From Candidatus Latescibacterota bacterium (GTDB lineage: Bacteria; Latescibacterota; UBA2968; GCA-2709665): DNA of 64,000 nucleotides. Of the stretch, positions 10,073 to 19,874 are shown piece by piece. The position numbers and the translations under genes are program-made. Within the stretch, counting starts at the first letter, position 1. Every line of letters begins with the position of its first letter. The stretch covers positions 2,784,001 to 2,848,000 of the forward strand of contig CBDDDZ010000005.1 in the NCBI GenBank assembly GCA_965226795.1. Direction: 5' to 3'. Below the pieces are notes generated by a model, which did not search any database, was not told the origin of the DNA, and saw only the letters and a program-made list of their open reading frames with translations.

Positions 10073-10906
10073 ATGGCTTCCGTTTCGCTCGGCTACTCTC
10101 CCAGCCCGAACGACACCTACATCTTCTACGGCCTCGCCCATGGAAAAATCCCCGGTGCGCCCACGTTTGAGACGATTCTCGAAGACATAGAAACCCTAAA
10201 CCGGCTGGCCCTGGATGGCCGATTGGACGTTACCAAGGTCTCCTTTCACGCGCTGGGCCATCTTCGGGACCGGTACTGCCTCCTCCACTCGGGCGGCGCG
10301 CTGGGCCGCGGCTGCGGCCCGCTCATTGTTGCCGCCACACCCCTTCAGCCGTCGGATTTGACCGGCGGAAAAATCGCGATTCCCGGAAGACTGACCACCG
10401 CGGTCCTGCTGTTGCGCCTGTTCGATCCGTCCCTCGACGAACTCGTCGTTCTGCCCTACCACCGCATCATGGATGCCGTACGGATCGGCGAAGTCCGCGC
10501 CGGGCTCATCATTCACGAAAGCCGATTTAACTTTCCGAATTTCGGACTGCACGAAGTCATCGATCTGGGCGAATGGTGGGAACGCACCACCGGCCACCCC
10601 ATTCCGCTGGGAGGCATCCTTGCCCGCCGGGACCTGGGCGCCGACCGGATCCGGGCCATTGATAAGGTTGTACAAAAAAGCGTGGATTACGCCCACACGC
10701 ATGCGGACAGGGTCCGAAACGACATCCGCCGGTACGCCCCGGAAATCGATGCGCCCGTCGCGCAACATCACATTGACCTCTACGTCAACGCCTACACAAG
10801 GGACTACGGGCCGGACGGTGAGGCCGCCATTGCCGATCTCGTCGCCCGCGCCGAAACCGCTCGCATTATTCCCGCATCGGACAAATCTCTCTTTATCGAT
10901 GGTTAA
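10073..10906 (+). CDS. mqnD: 1,4-dihydroxy-6-naphthoate synthase
   Basis: LGYSPSPNDTYIF, GGALGRGCGP, IIHESRF, DLGEWW, PIPLGG, HIDLYVN motifs. Confidence 0.93.
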   Translation: MASVSLGYSPSPNDTYIFYGLAHGKIPGAPTFETILEDIETLNRLALDGRLDVTKVSFHALGHLRDRYCLLHSGGALGRGCGPLIVAATPLQPSDLTGGKIAIPGRLTTAVLLLRLFDPSLDELVVLPYHRIMDAVRIGEVRAGLIIHESRFNFPNFGLHEVIDLGEWWERTTGHPIPLGGILARRDLGADRIRAIDKVVQKSVDYAHTHADRVRNDIRRYAPEIDAPVAQHHIDLYVNAYTRDYGPDGEAAIADLVARAETARIIPASDKSLFIDG

Positions 10907-10924
10907 GTGAAAGGAACCGCTTCA

Positions 10925-11830
10925 ATGTCGAAACCCAGGATCGGATTCGTCGGACTCGGGATTATGGGAAAACCCATGTCCAAACACCTGCTTCAGGCCG
11001 GTTACGATGTCGTAGTGCACAACCGCAGCCGGGAACCCGTGGCGGAACTGGTTGACGCCGGCGCCCGGGAAGCCCATTCCCCCAAAGCGGTAGCCGAAAA
11101 CAGCGCTATCGTCATCACCATGCTGCCCGACTCCCCGGACGTGGAGGAAGTTGCTCTCGGACCCGGCGGTATTATCGAAGGCGTGAGCCGGGGCGACATC
11201 TACGTCGACATGAGCACCATCGCTCCCAGCGTTGCCCTGAACGTCGGCAAGGCAATGGCCAGGAAAGGCGTTCACTGCCTGGACGCGCCGGTAAGCGGAG
11301 GCGATGTCGGAGCGCGGAATGCCACACTTTCCATAATGGTGGGCGGAGAAGAGGATGTATTCAACACAGTACAACCCGTCTTCGCGGCGATGGGACAGAA
11401 TATCGTGCTCTGCGGACCCCTCGGCGCCGGTCAGACCGTGAAAGCCTGCAACCAGGTCCTGGTTGCCGTCACGATTGCCGGAGTGTCGGAAGCATTGACG
11501 CTCGGCGCCAAGGCGGGCGTCGACCCTGCAAACATCGTCCAGGTCCTGAGCGGGGGCCTTGCCCGCTGCGGCGTACTCGAGAACCGGGGGGAACGCATGG
11601 TCAACGGAGACTTCGACCCCGGCTTCCGCATCCGACTCCACTACAAGGATCTCAACATTATCATGAAAACCGGCAGCGACTACAATGTGCCGCTGCCGGT
11701 TACGAGCATCGTTCATGAATTGTTCAACCTGGCGCTGGCCAAGAACCGGGGCGAACTGGATCACACCGGCCTGCTGACCGTCGTCGAAGACCTGGCCGGT
11801 GTCAAGGCCCGGACCGCCCGACCGCGCTGA
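10925..11830 (+). CDS. garR: 2-hydroxy-3-oxopropionate (tartronate semialdehyde) reductase / beta-hydroxyacid dehydrogenase
   Basis: GFVGLGIMGKPM, LDAPVSGG, GQTVKACNQ, F.PGFRI.LH.KDL. Confidence 0.75.
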   Translation: MSKPRIGFVGLGIMGKPMSKHLLQAGYDVVVHNRSREPVAELVDAGAREAHSPKAVAENSAIVITMLPDSPDVEEVALGPGGIIEGVSRGDIYVDMSTIAPSVALNVGKAMARKGVHCLDAPVSGGDVGARNATLSIMVGGEEDVFNTVQPVFAAMGQNIVLCGPLGAGQTVKACNQVLVAVTIAGVSEALTLGAKAGVDPANIVQVLSGGLARCGVLENRGERMVNGDFDPGFRIRLHYKDLNIIMKTGSDYNVPLPVTSIVHELFNLALAKNRGELDHTGLLTVVEDLAGVKARTARPR

Positions 11831-11837
11831 CGCGCCC

Positions 11838-12407
11838 TCAAGCCGTCCAGCGCATCACGTCGCCCAGCGGCTTTCGCCTGGGCGAGGGTATCTCCCTGGG
11901 ATACCCCATATAGAAGAATCCGATGATATACTCCCGGTCCTGCTCCACGCCGAGCAAATCGTACGTCTCCTTCTGCATTGTAATGGGTCCCGTGCTCCAC
12001 TGCATACCCACCCCCAGTTCCCAGGCCGCGAGTTGCACGTTTTGCATTGCGCAACAGACCGCCGCATAATCCTCCCGCCGCCGCTGTTCGTCTCCCTCCT
12101 GCAGGCAGGATACTGCCACGATTGTGGGCTTGGACATGAACTTGTCGTAACCCGCCTGCCAGAGCTTCTTCCGGTTTTCTTTGTCGACGTGGTCGGGCGC
12201 CTTGCCCTCCTGGATGTCCCCGTATCGCCGCCCCAGCGTCTCTTTCGTCCGTTCCCCGAGAACGACAAAACGCCACGGCTCCGTTACATGGTGATTCGGC
12301 GCCCACGGGCCGAACTCGAATATGCGCGTCAGCGTCTCGTCAGACACGGGCCTGGAACTGAATTTAAAGATCGTCCGCCGCGCCCTCAGCACATCGAGAA
12401 CATCCAT
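11838..12407 (-). CDS. Nitroreductase family protein (YdjA-like)
   Basis: RRTIFKF, APNHHVTEPWRFVV, QNVQLAAWELGVG..WSTG. Confidence 0.88.
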   Translation of the reverse strand: MDVLDVLRARRTIFKFSSRPVSDETLTRIFEFGPWAPNHHVTEPWRFVVLGERTKETLGRRYGDIQEGKAPDHVDKENRKKLWQAGYDKFMSKPTIVAVSCLQEGDEQRRREDYAAVCCAMQNVQLAAWELGVGMQWSTGPITMQKETYDLLGVEQDREYIIGFFYMGYPREIPSPRRKPLGDVMRWTA

Positions 12408-12486
12408 CCCGACCCTCCACAAAATGGACAAGCACCGGGTCACCTCGGATGAGTTTCACCCATGGACCCCTGTGATGACCGCGTGT

Positions 12487-13740
12487 TCATACCCGTTGTC
12501 CCACCAACGCCTCTGTGACCTTCCGAACCGCCCGGGCAGCGGCGTTCGCCTCGTCCACGGTATTGTGCTGGGTCATCCTGACCGCGCCTACCCGTTCTCC
12601 GTAGGTCCTGGCATTCGGACACGCCTCAAGCGGATACGCTCCCTTTTTCAGCCGGCCGGGCCTGTAGCTGTTGAATACTGCCGGATCCCGGTGCAGCCTG
12701 CGGAAAACCTGCCATCCGACCACATACTGCTGAGGGTTCGGGAATGCCGGAATGCCTTCCGCCGCGACCATCCGGCAGAAGTCCACCGCATTCACCCCGA
12801 GCACCTCCGGGTCTACGGAAAACAACGCCCACCAGTAACTGGGCTTCGTCCCTGCCGGCTGCGGATGCGGCTTGACGCCCGGAAGCCCCGAAATCCCTTG
12901 CTCAAAAGCCTCGCCGAACGCCTGGCGACTGGCAATCCACCCCGGCACCCGCTTCAGTTGCACCGATGCCAATGCGGCGTTAACGTCGCTCAGCCGCACA
13001 TTCAACGCCGGAAAGGCGGGTGTCGCCGGTGCTCCCGGGAACCTCGGGTAGCATTTGTCGGAAAACAAATCCGCCGTTTCGGCCAGTTTGCGCCGGCGGG
13101 TCAGAACAAACCCGCCCTCGCCCGACTTCATGTGTTTGCTCTCGTTTGTGCTCCACGCGCCAAGTTGGCCGAACGTGCCGAGATACCTGCCCTTGATGGA
13201 CGCGAGATGCGCCTGTGCGCAATCCTCGATGACGAACAGCCGATGGCTGCGGGCGACTCTCATGACCGCGGGCATATCCACTGCGTACCCCCCGTTATGA
13301 ATCGGCATGATCGCCCGTGTAAACGGCGTGATTGATGCTTCCATCGCGGCGACATCCATCAATAGCCCGTCCGGCTGCACGTCGGCAAAAACCGGAATCG
13401 CGTTCAACTGGAATATCCCCATAATGCTGCCGTAGTCGGTGAGCGGGCTCAATATGACCTCGTCTCCCGCGCCGATACCCGCAGCTGCCAACGCCACGTG
13501 GATGGCTGCGCTCCCCGAACTCGTCGGCACGGCATATGGCAACCCGTAGAGCTTCTGCAACCCCTCGCGATAGGCCATGACGGCCTTGCCCCGAGCCAGC
13601 GGCAGCGCCGGGCCGGCAAGCAGCTTCTCCAGCGCAGCCAGTTCCTCCCTGAAGTGGAACGCTCCCGAACGCCAAGGCTTGCGGTATACGGGCCTGCCGC
13701 CGTGAATCGCCAGATCGGACTTCCTCGAACCCTTAGCCAA
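12487..13740 (-). CDS. DegT/DnrJ/EryC1/StrS family PLP-dependent aminotransferase
   Basis: SSGSAAIH.AL, GDEVI, PVFADV, IEDCAQAH, SKHMKSGEGG. Confidence 0.9.
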   Translation of the reverse strand: MAKGSRKSDLAIHGGRPVYRKPWRSGAFHFREELAALEKLLAGPALPLARGKAVMAYREGLQKLYGLPYAVPTSSGSAAIHVALAAAGIGAGDEVILSPLTDYGSIMGIFQLNAIPVFADVQPDGLLMDVAAMEASITPFTRAIMPIHNGGYAVDMPAVMRVARSHRLFVIEDCAQAHLASIKGRYLGTFGQLGAWSTNESKHMKSGEGGFVLTRRRKLAETADLFSDKCYPRFPGAPATPAFPALNVRLSDVNAALASVQLKRVPGWIASRQAFGEAFEQGISGLPGVKPHPQPAGTKPSYWWALFSVDPEVLGVNAVDFCRMVAAEGIPAFPNPQQYVVGWQVFRRLHRDPAVFNSYRPGRLKKGAYPLEACPNARTYGERVGAVRMTQHNTVDEANAAARAVRKVTEALVGQRV

Positions 13741-13796
13741 ACCACCCTCCTCGAGTCTTGAACAGCCATACCGGCAGGTCCTGACACCTGCGGCGG

Positions 13797-14903
13797 CTAT
13801 ATCCCTAAGGAAACCGCGTATTTTTCCAGCACCTCTCTGTCAATCTCAATTCCCAGGCCCGGTTGCTGTATCAGCGGCACGTACCCGTCCACGGCCTGGA
13901 TCGGCTCTTTGGCAAGCTCGGTACGCAGCCGGTTCTCGGTCATGTCGAATTCAAATAACGATGGGAACGGATTCAGCGTATCGGGCGCGTCGGGCAGGGT
14001 TGCCTGCCAGTGTATCGTCGCGGCCAGACGAATACCGGTTCCCCACATGTGGGGCAACACGCGCACGTGGTTGGCGCTTGCCAGCGCCGCAATTTTCCGG
14101 CACTCCGTAAATCCGCCGGCGTCGCTGATGTCGGGCTGAACGATATCCAGCCCCCGTTTCTGGATAAGGTTGCGAAACTCCCACCGGCCCTGGAGCGCCT
14201 CGCCACCCGCGACGCGCACCCCCAACGCCTGACGAATCTCGCGGTAGCCGGCCACATCGTCGGTTGAAATCGGTTCCTCAAACCACAACAGATCGTTCTC
14301 CAGGAGCCGACGCCCGACGTCTATCGCCATGCCGGTATCGTAACCGCAATTGGCGTCCACCGCAAGTAGAATCGAATCGCCGATCGCACCGCGCACGGCG
14401 GCGACGTTTTTTACATCGTAATCCACGCCGAATCCGATCTTCATCTTCACCGCCCGAAACCCCATATCCACGTACGACCCCGCCTCTTCAATTAACGACA
14501 GGGTCATCTCGGCCTTCCGTTGCCTGAACAATCCGCTGGCATAGGCCGGAATCCGTTCCCGGAACGCACCGCCCAACAGACGGTATATGGGCATCTCCAG
14601 GGCTCTGCCCACAATATCCCACAGCGCGATATCCACGGCGCTCAGTTCGGAAAAACCGACACCGCCCCGCAGATACAGATCGTTCCAGATGACTTCAACA
14701 TCAAACGGATCGCGGCCCACGAGCCGCGCCCGCAGCGCCGTCTCGTTCAGACCCGCGACCCCTTCACCCCATCCCGTCACACCCGCGTCCGTGATGACCT
14801 CGATCACACCGGCCGTCCGGGCCGTATTCCAGGCGATCGAGTTCGCAAACGGCTCTTCCAGGGGGTAACGGAGATTGTAGACCTTGATATCGGTTATCTT
14901 CAT
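13797..14903 (-). CDS. Mandelate racemase/muconate lactonising enzyme family protein (enolase superfamily)
   Basis: DIALWDI.G, KMKIG, VDAN, WFEEP, GE, DIVQPD, PGLGIE. Confidence 0.9.
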   Translation of the reverse strand: MKITDIKVYNLRYPLEEPFANSIAWNTARTAGVIEVITDAGVTGWGEGVAGLNETALRARLVGRDPFDVEVIWNDLYLRGGVGFSELSAVDIALWDIVGRALEMPIYRLLGGAFRERIPAYASGLFRQRKAEMTLSLIEEAGSYVDMGFRAVKMKIGFGVDYDVKNVAAVRGAIGDSILLAVDANCGYDTGMAIDVGRRLLENDLLWFEEPISTDDVAGYREIRQALGVRVAGGEALQGRWEFRNLIQKRGLDIVQPDISDAGGFTECRKIAALASANHVRVLPHMWGTGIRLAATIHWQATLPDAPDTLNPFPSLFEFDMTENRLRTELAKEPIQAVDGYVPLIQQPGLGIEIDREVLEKYAVSLGI

Positions 14904-14922
14904 TCCGATCTACCGACCTTCA

Positions 14923-15747
14923 TCAAACTGAAGTCCGTCGTCTGTTGTATGCAACCGCCTCCGGGAACCGACCTGTCAGATGGTCCAGTGCTTCGATGAT
15001 TCCGCATTCGCAACTTGAAGCTGCGTACGGCAAGGTCCCGGTAGCGCGAAACCGTTCGCCGTTCGTGACATGAAAATCCCCACGCCGATCCATGAACTGC
15101 CCCCAGTGGCCCATTGTATACCCGATATCGGAGATCATCACAGCGCTCTTCGGCCAACGTTGTGGAAACAGGGAGCGGAACCGCGGCGTGGAATTCATCC
15201 AACTGGAGCAACGCACCATTGTGATTTCAGGGCGCCGGGCCAGTGAATCCAGCAGCATGCGTATCAGGGACGCGGCGAAATGCGTGAACATTTCGCTGAG
15301 GGGCGATCGGGGCCGGTACACGTTGTCGATATGAATATTCAGACGGCCCGACCCGGTATAGTCGTAAGACCAGCATTCGTAGGGCCTTTCCCCCGCGGGA
15401 CCGTCGCCGCCTTTCTTGAGGCGCGCTTCAAGAAAGGGCCACAGCAGGTTCAGCCCCACCACTTCAAATCCGTCTGTTGCGGCATCCTCCTTACACTCGG
15501 AGCACAGGGCCGCCAGCCTGTCGACCACGGCCGCCCACACAGGACCTACATTATCCCTGGATGGATGGTGTTTCCCGTCGTAGAAAGAGGTGTTCCGATA
15601 AATGTTAACCCGCTTATTCACCACGTCGGCAAAGGGTTCCGCCCCGGTTCTCGCCAGGCGCCACACATACCAGAGGGAAAGCCTCGTAAACCCCTTCACA
15701 TAGCGATAACGAACCGATTCCATACCCGGGCGCCGAAATAGCAGCAT
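14923..15747 (-). CDS. Hypothetical protein, possibly with a remote GNAT-like C-terminal fold
   Basis: Fills the gap in a co-oriented gene run; LNIHI and CSSWM motifs; start uncertain (15747 or 15723). Confidence 0.6.
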   Translation of the reverse strand: MLLFRRPGMESVRYRYVKGFTRLSLWYVWRLARTGAEPFADVVNKRVNIYRNTSFYDGKHHPSRDNVGPVWAAVVDRLAALCSECKEDAATDGFEVVGLNLLWPFLEARLKKGGDGPAGERPYECWSYDYTGSGRLNIHIDNVYRPRSPLSEMFTHFAASLIRMLLDSLARRPEITMVRCSSWMNSTPRFRSLFPQRWPKSAVMISDIGYTMGHWGQFMDRRGDFHVTNGERFRATGTLPYAASSCECGIIEALDHLTGRFPEAVAYNRRRTSV

Positions 15748-15787
15748 CCATATCGATAACGCGCGACTGGACGCGCGTGAAAGGGGG

Positions 15788-16678
15788 CTATCTTCTCCCT
15801 GGAAACGTCAACTCGGCAACGCCGGACTTATCCAGTTCGCCCTTACCGATCTCAATCATGCGGTCGAACTGCCTCTTGGTCGCATCCGCAAGCGGCAAGT
15901 TCAGCCCGGCGTTTCGCGCGAGATCAAGGGCGATGCCGGAGTCCTTGGCTGCGTGTGCAGACGAGAAATAACATTCGTGATCCCGGGCCACCATGTCCTC
16001 ACCGTCCGTTTCCAACACCCGGGAGTTGGCGCCCGTTTGCGAAAACACCTGCTGCAGCATCTCCAGATCGAGGCCAAGAGCCGCTCCCAGCCCAAGGCCT
16101 TCCGCCAGGCCTGCGGTATTGATATTCATTACCATGTTTACGAGCGCCTTGACCTGCGCCGCCGTTCCGGCCCCTCCAATGTACTTCAAATCCGTGCTAA
16201 TCGAATCCAGGATCGGCCGCACGTCGTCGAATACTTCCTTCTTGCCGCCGCACATCAGATAAAGCGTGCCCTCGCGAGCCTGGGTGATACTGCTTGCCAT
16301 ACACCCCTCCAGGCTTCTGGCGCCCGCCTCTTCCGCCAACGCCTCAACGTCGACGTGCACCTGGGGGGTGATGGTTGCGCAATTGATGAAGACCTTTCCG
16401 TCCGCACGGTGTAGCAGACTATCTCCCTCGGTCGAAAAGACCGCGCGCATCGCGTCGTCGTCTGTGACGACCGTAATGATCTGATCCGCTGCTGCGGTCA
16501 CACCCGCCAGCGCCCCGGATGCCTCGCACCCGAGTTCCCGCGCCAATTCGGCCGCGGTATCGGTTCGGACATCGTAAACTGACGTCACGGAAAATCCGTC
16601 ATCCTTCAGATGCCTTGCAATATTTGCGCCCATTCGCCCGACACCCACCATACCGATTCTGAAATCTGAAGTCGCCAT
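15788..16678 (-). CDS. NAD(P)-dependent oxidoreductase, 3-hydroxyisobutyrate dehydrogenase family
   Basis: GMVGVGRMGANIA, VKALVNMV, KDSGIA; GGAGG RBS. Confidence 0.88.
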   Translation of the reverse strand: MATSDFRIGMVGVGRMGANIARHLKDDGFSVTSVYDVRTDTAAELARELGCEASGALAGVTAAADQIITVVTDDDAMRAVFSTEGDSLLHRADGKVFINCATITPQVHVDVEALAEEAGARSLEGCMASSITQAREGTLYLMCGGKKEVFDDVRPILDSISTDLKYIGGAGTAAQVKALVNMVMNINTAGLAEGLGLGAALGLDLEMLQQVFSQTGANSRVLETDGEDMVARDHECYFSSAHAAKDSGIALDLARNAGLNLPLADATKRQFDRMIEIGKGELDKSGVAELTFPGRR

Positions 16679-16762
16679 CTTTACCTCCGGCATACAAAGA
16701 GCGTTCAACTGCCGGCGCCATTACCAATGCAGCCAACGGTCGAACGCTCCGGTCGGAACATC

Positions 16763-17197
16763 CTACAGGCTGTTGTGGAATTCCGTCCAATCGTCGAGAT
16801 TGTTCAGGTTCACCGCGTCCGGAATCGACCCGTCATCCTCCACTCCGGCCGCCGACAGAATCGCCCCCCGCGTGTCGTCGTCGTGGTGATACCCGCGTAT
16901 GGCCTCGTTCGAAGCCTCAATCTCCTCCTGAGGTATGCTGCCGCCGCGCTTATTCACCACCCAATTCTCAAACTCGATATACGTCGGAAGGTTGCTCTTC
17001 ACGTAGTCCACCGCCGCATCTCGATCGACTTTCAATCCGTCCAGCACCATCTGGTCGTAACCGGCGCCGCATTCGGGATAGTCGTCCGCCAGCTGTCCTT
17101 TTGCGGAAAGCGTCAGCTTCAACCACAACCGGGGGAGGTGGATGGCGCCCAGAGGCCCTGCAACACCGGAACTGATAAGGGGAATCGTGCCTGTCAT
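16763..17197 (-). CDS. DUF5069-like domain protein
   Basis: LGAIHLPRLWLK, CG.GYD..VLD.L, C-terminal LDDW; AAGGAG RBS. Confidence 0.7.
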   Translation of the reverse strand: MTGTIPLISSGVAGPLGAIHLPRLWLKLTLSAKGQLADDYPECGAGYDQMVLDGLKVDRDAAVDYVKSNLPTYIEFENWVVNKRGGSIPQEEIEASNEAIRGYHHDDDTRGAILSAAGVEDDGSIPDAVNLNNLDDWTEFHNSL

Positions 17198-17229
17198 CGT
17201 GTGTCTCCTTCTGTAATGGGGAGTTGGAG

Positions 17230-17341
17230 TAGGTGTCCTGTCTCAGAGATATGTCGCCGACCTTCCGCAGGTCCCGGCGCTTTGACAGCCGGGCGACTCG
17301 GCGGCCGAATTTCGGCAATCTATTTCCGGGTCAGAACATTA
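17230..17341. mobile_element. Short MITE-like element (~112 bp)
   Basis: Both ends match the ends of 36025-36733; the two ends are imperfect inverted repeats of each other. Confidence 0.55.
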
Positions 17342-17530
17342 GATGGAAACCGCGTTATGGACACCGCAGCCAATGCACCCCGTTCATCGGCCTAAGTATT
17401 CCATAAATGTACAGGATGAAACCCCTGTCAACATGAAAAACGCCGGACTTTTGCCTTTGCCCGATCCGGGTGGACTGCAATACAACCGAATCCGGCGCAC
17501 GCCTGGTGTAATTCGCGTTGTGAATGCAGC

Positions 17531-17577
17531 ACACAAAACGAGCGGATGAAAACGACGCTCATCCGCTCGTTTTGTGT
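17531..17577 (-). terminator. Hairpin/terminator downstream of the DUF151 gene
   Basis: Perfect 19-bp inverted repeat ACACAAAACGAGCGGATGA / TCATCCGCTCGTTTTGTGT with a 9-nt loop. Confidence 0.7.
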
Positions 17578-17591
17578 TGGGTTGGACAATC

Positions 17592-18263
17592 TCATTCTTC
17601 CCGGCTGTTTTTCAACCGGTCTATTTCGTCTCGCAGCCTGCCGGCTTCTTCGTAACGCTCCTGCCGGCTGGCCTGTTCCATTTTCCGTCGGAGATCGTTG
17701 ATCCGTACCTCCAGAGGGTCTCCCGCATCGACTGTCCCGCTCTGGGGACCTTCCGCCACCGTCATCACGGCCTCTTCCTTGTCCTCCGAAAGCTTGGGCG
17801 GCGCCCAGGCTTCGATCGCCTCGGGTTCCTCGGCACCCACTCCGGGCCGATCCTCGTGTCCGGCTTCGGTTAGAACGGCCTCAGATACGTATATGGGCGC
17901 TTCGTAACGCAACGCCAGGGCGACGCAATCGCTCGGACGGGCGTCGACCCGCCAGCGTTTCTCGCCGCACGCGAGCGCCAGTTCCGCGTAAAAGATACCT
18001 TCTTTCAACGCCACAATATGGACCCCTTCTACTGTGGTGTCGAGTTGACCCAGAATAGACCGAACCAGGTCGTGCGTAAGCGGGCGTGGCGGACGTTCGT
18101 TCGTCAGTTCGGCGTAGATGGCGCTGGCTTCCATCAGCCCGATCACGATAGGCAGCAGTACGTTGTGCTCGCTGCTGCACAGCCAGATCATTCGCTGTTG
18201 GGAAGCCTGTACCGGTCGTAACGCGTTCAGCGTCCGTTCATTGTCGATCTTGACTTCAATCAT
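17592..18263 (-). CDS. Bifunctional nuclease (DUF151) with C-terminal UvrB/C coiled-coil motif
   Basis: LPIVIG..EA.AI, RPLTHDL, FYAEL, DARPSDC.ALALR; E.YEEAGRLRDEI. Confidence 0.9.
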   Translation of the reverse strand: MIEVKIDNERTLNALRPVQASQQRMIWLCSSEHNVLLPIVIGLMEASAIYAELTNERPPRPLTHDLVRSILGQLDTTVEGVHIVALKEGIFYAELALACGEKRWRVDARPSDCVALALRYEAPIYVSEAVLTEAGHEDRPGVGAEEPEAIEAWAPPKLSEDKEEAVMTVAEGPQSGTVDAGDPLEVRINDLRRKMEQASRQERYEEAGRLRDEIDRLKNSREE

Positions 18264-18349
18264 TGGCCTCCTCCGGATTTTCATCGCTCAGAACGCGACT
18301 CGCAATATACGAAAATCAGGTTCACCGGCAAGGTTAATTTACGCCTTTT

Positions 18350-19651
18350 TCAAACGCGTTTCGACGTGAACCGTTCCATCAGGCTGATGCACACCGCCTC
18401 GATCCGTTCGGCACTCCCCGGCGCCACCCGCGACCAGGGTCCCGCCACGACTTCGTATCCACCTTCCGCGTAGGCTCTGCGGATGGGAAAATATCCGAGC
18501 CATCCGTTCGCATTGCCCGTCACGAACCAGGCGCCCGCCTGTTTGATCGCGAGCCCGGTCTCGACGAATACCTCGCCCGGAAGCGCGACCCAGCGCAGCC
18601 GGCCCAGCGCCATGGCCTGTACCTCGACCTCGAGCGGTCCTTCAGCGAGTTTGCGCGCGAGCCGCAGCGCCCGACGGTTGTCAGATGAAGGATTCTGCGC
18701 CGCAGTTCGCTCCGCCTCGTCCACCGGCGGACAGGGCCTCCCCTCCAGTTCCAGTTGATCCGTAACGTATGCCACGTCGGTCGACCCGAGGGGAGACCCC
18801 TGCTTCATCCGGGCAATCTCATCCAGCGCCGCGAGACCCAAAGTCCGCCCGATCCGGGACACGTCCTCGAAATTGGTCGTCACGTGGATCGAGTTCACAT
18901 TGCCACACGCGCCGTTGACAAACAGACAGGGCGTGCCATCCAGCCCTTCCTCCACGCAGGCTGCCAGCGCGCCGGGATAATCCGCAGACACCGGCGGCAG
19001 GACCATGGCCACGACCGGATGGGCGGCATAGTTCACCATCGCCGCGTGAGGCTCCCCCGTCGCTGCTTCCAGATACAACACGGACAGCGCCTCATCCACG
19101 GCCCACGGTCCGTCGGCCTCCTCCCGTGAAGGCAGCGCCCCGCCATGGTTCAATGAACCGTCTCTCAAGAGAACTCGTCGATGGCGGGCCACGCCCGCGA
19201 GCCGTGTAACCCCCGCGTAGGCCCGAACGGCGGCTCGCTTTTCCCACGCCTCGGTAACCGTGGCCGCCAGTGTCTCCAGGTGCGCCTCCAGCCAATCCTG
19301 AATCCCCTCCGTTTCCCGGAACGGCGTCAACCCGATCAATTCGGGCGTGGAGTGGGAGTGGGTGGCCGAAAGCATGACACCCTCTTCGGACAAGCCGGTC
19401 CGTTCGGAAATCCGCGCACGCAACTCCTTCGTGAAATTTCGTCCCGGGCCCAGAATCGTGTTGTCGTACCCTATCGAGTCGACGGCCAGCACCGCAACCG
19501 ACTTGCGACCATCGTCGAGGACCAGGGCCCTGGCGTACAGATCGTCGTGAATACCCTCGAACGGCTCGCAGGTGCCGTTCCCGGAAGACGTCAGATACGG
19601 CACCCACGTGGGAGGGGTCACACACCTTTTCGCCGCGCCGGCCATCAGCAT
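18350..19651 (-). CDS. Neutral/alkaline ceramidase-like N-terminal domain hydrolase
   Basis: GIHDDLYARALVL, SATHSHSTP, NYAAHP, SADYPG, NGACGNVN, LPGEVF, GGYE. Confidence 0.75.
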   Translation of the reverse strand: MLMAGAAKRCVTPPTWVPYLTSSGNGTCEPFEGIHDDLYARALVLDDGRKSVAVLAVDSIGYDNTILGPGRNFTKELRARISERTGLSEEGVMLSATHSHSTPELIGLTPFRETEGIQDWLEAHLETLAATVTEAWEKRAAVRAYAGVTRLAGVARHRRVLLRDGSLNHGGALPSREEADGPWAVDEALSVLYLEAATGEPHAAMVNYAAHPVVAMVLPPVSADYPGALAACVEEGLDGTPCLFVNGACGNVNSIHVTTNFEDVSRIGRTLGLAALDEIARMKQGSPLGSTDVAYVTDQLELEGRPCPPVDEAERTAAQNPSSDNRRALRLARKLAEGPLEVEVQAMALGRLRWVALPGEVFVETGLAIKQAGAWFVTGNANGWLGYFPIRRAYAEGGYEVVAGPWSRVAPGSAERIEAVCISLMERFTSKRV

Positions 19652-19815
19652 TTTCAGCGCTCCTCCAAAAAAACCTCGCGACGAGTCGGCTGCCGGAGCG
19701 GCGTCGCGTCTCGAGACGTCCCCGCCATTTCTCCGTCGATGACACCGGGCGCGGCACGAACGCGGATTATCGCCGCGCCGGACGCCCGTTTACGCGGGCA
19801 CAATCCATTCCCGGG

Positions 19816-19844
19816 TTGACATGTGCACATCCAACCGATAAATT
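19816..19844 (+). promoter_or_regulatory. Putative sigma70 promoter containing a palindromic site
   Basis: TTGACA-17nt-TAAATT; the palindrome ATGTGCACAT overlaps the -35/spacer. Confidence 0.5.
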
Positions 19845-19874
19845 ACTCACACATCCGTCAGATGAGGAAACCCC

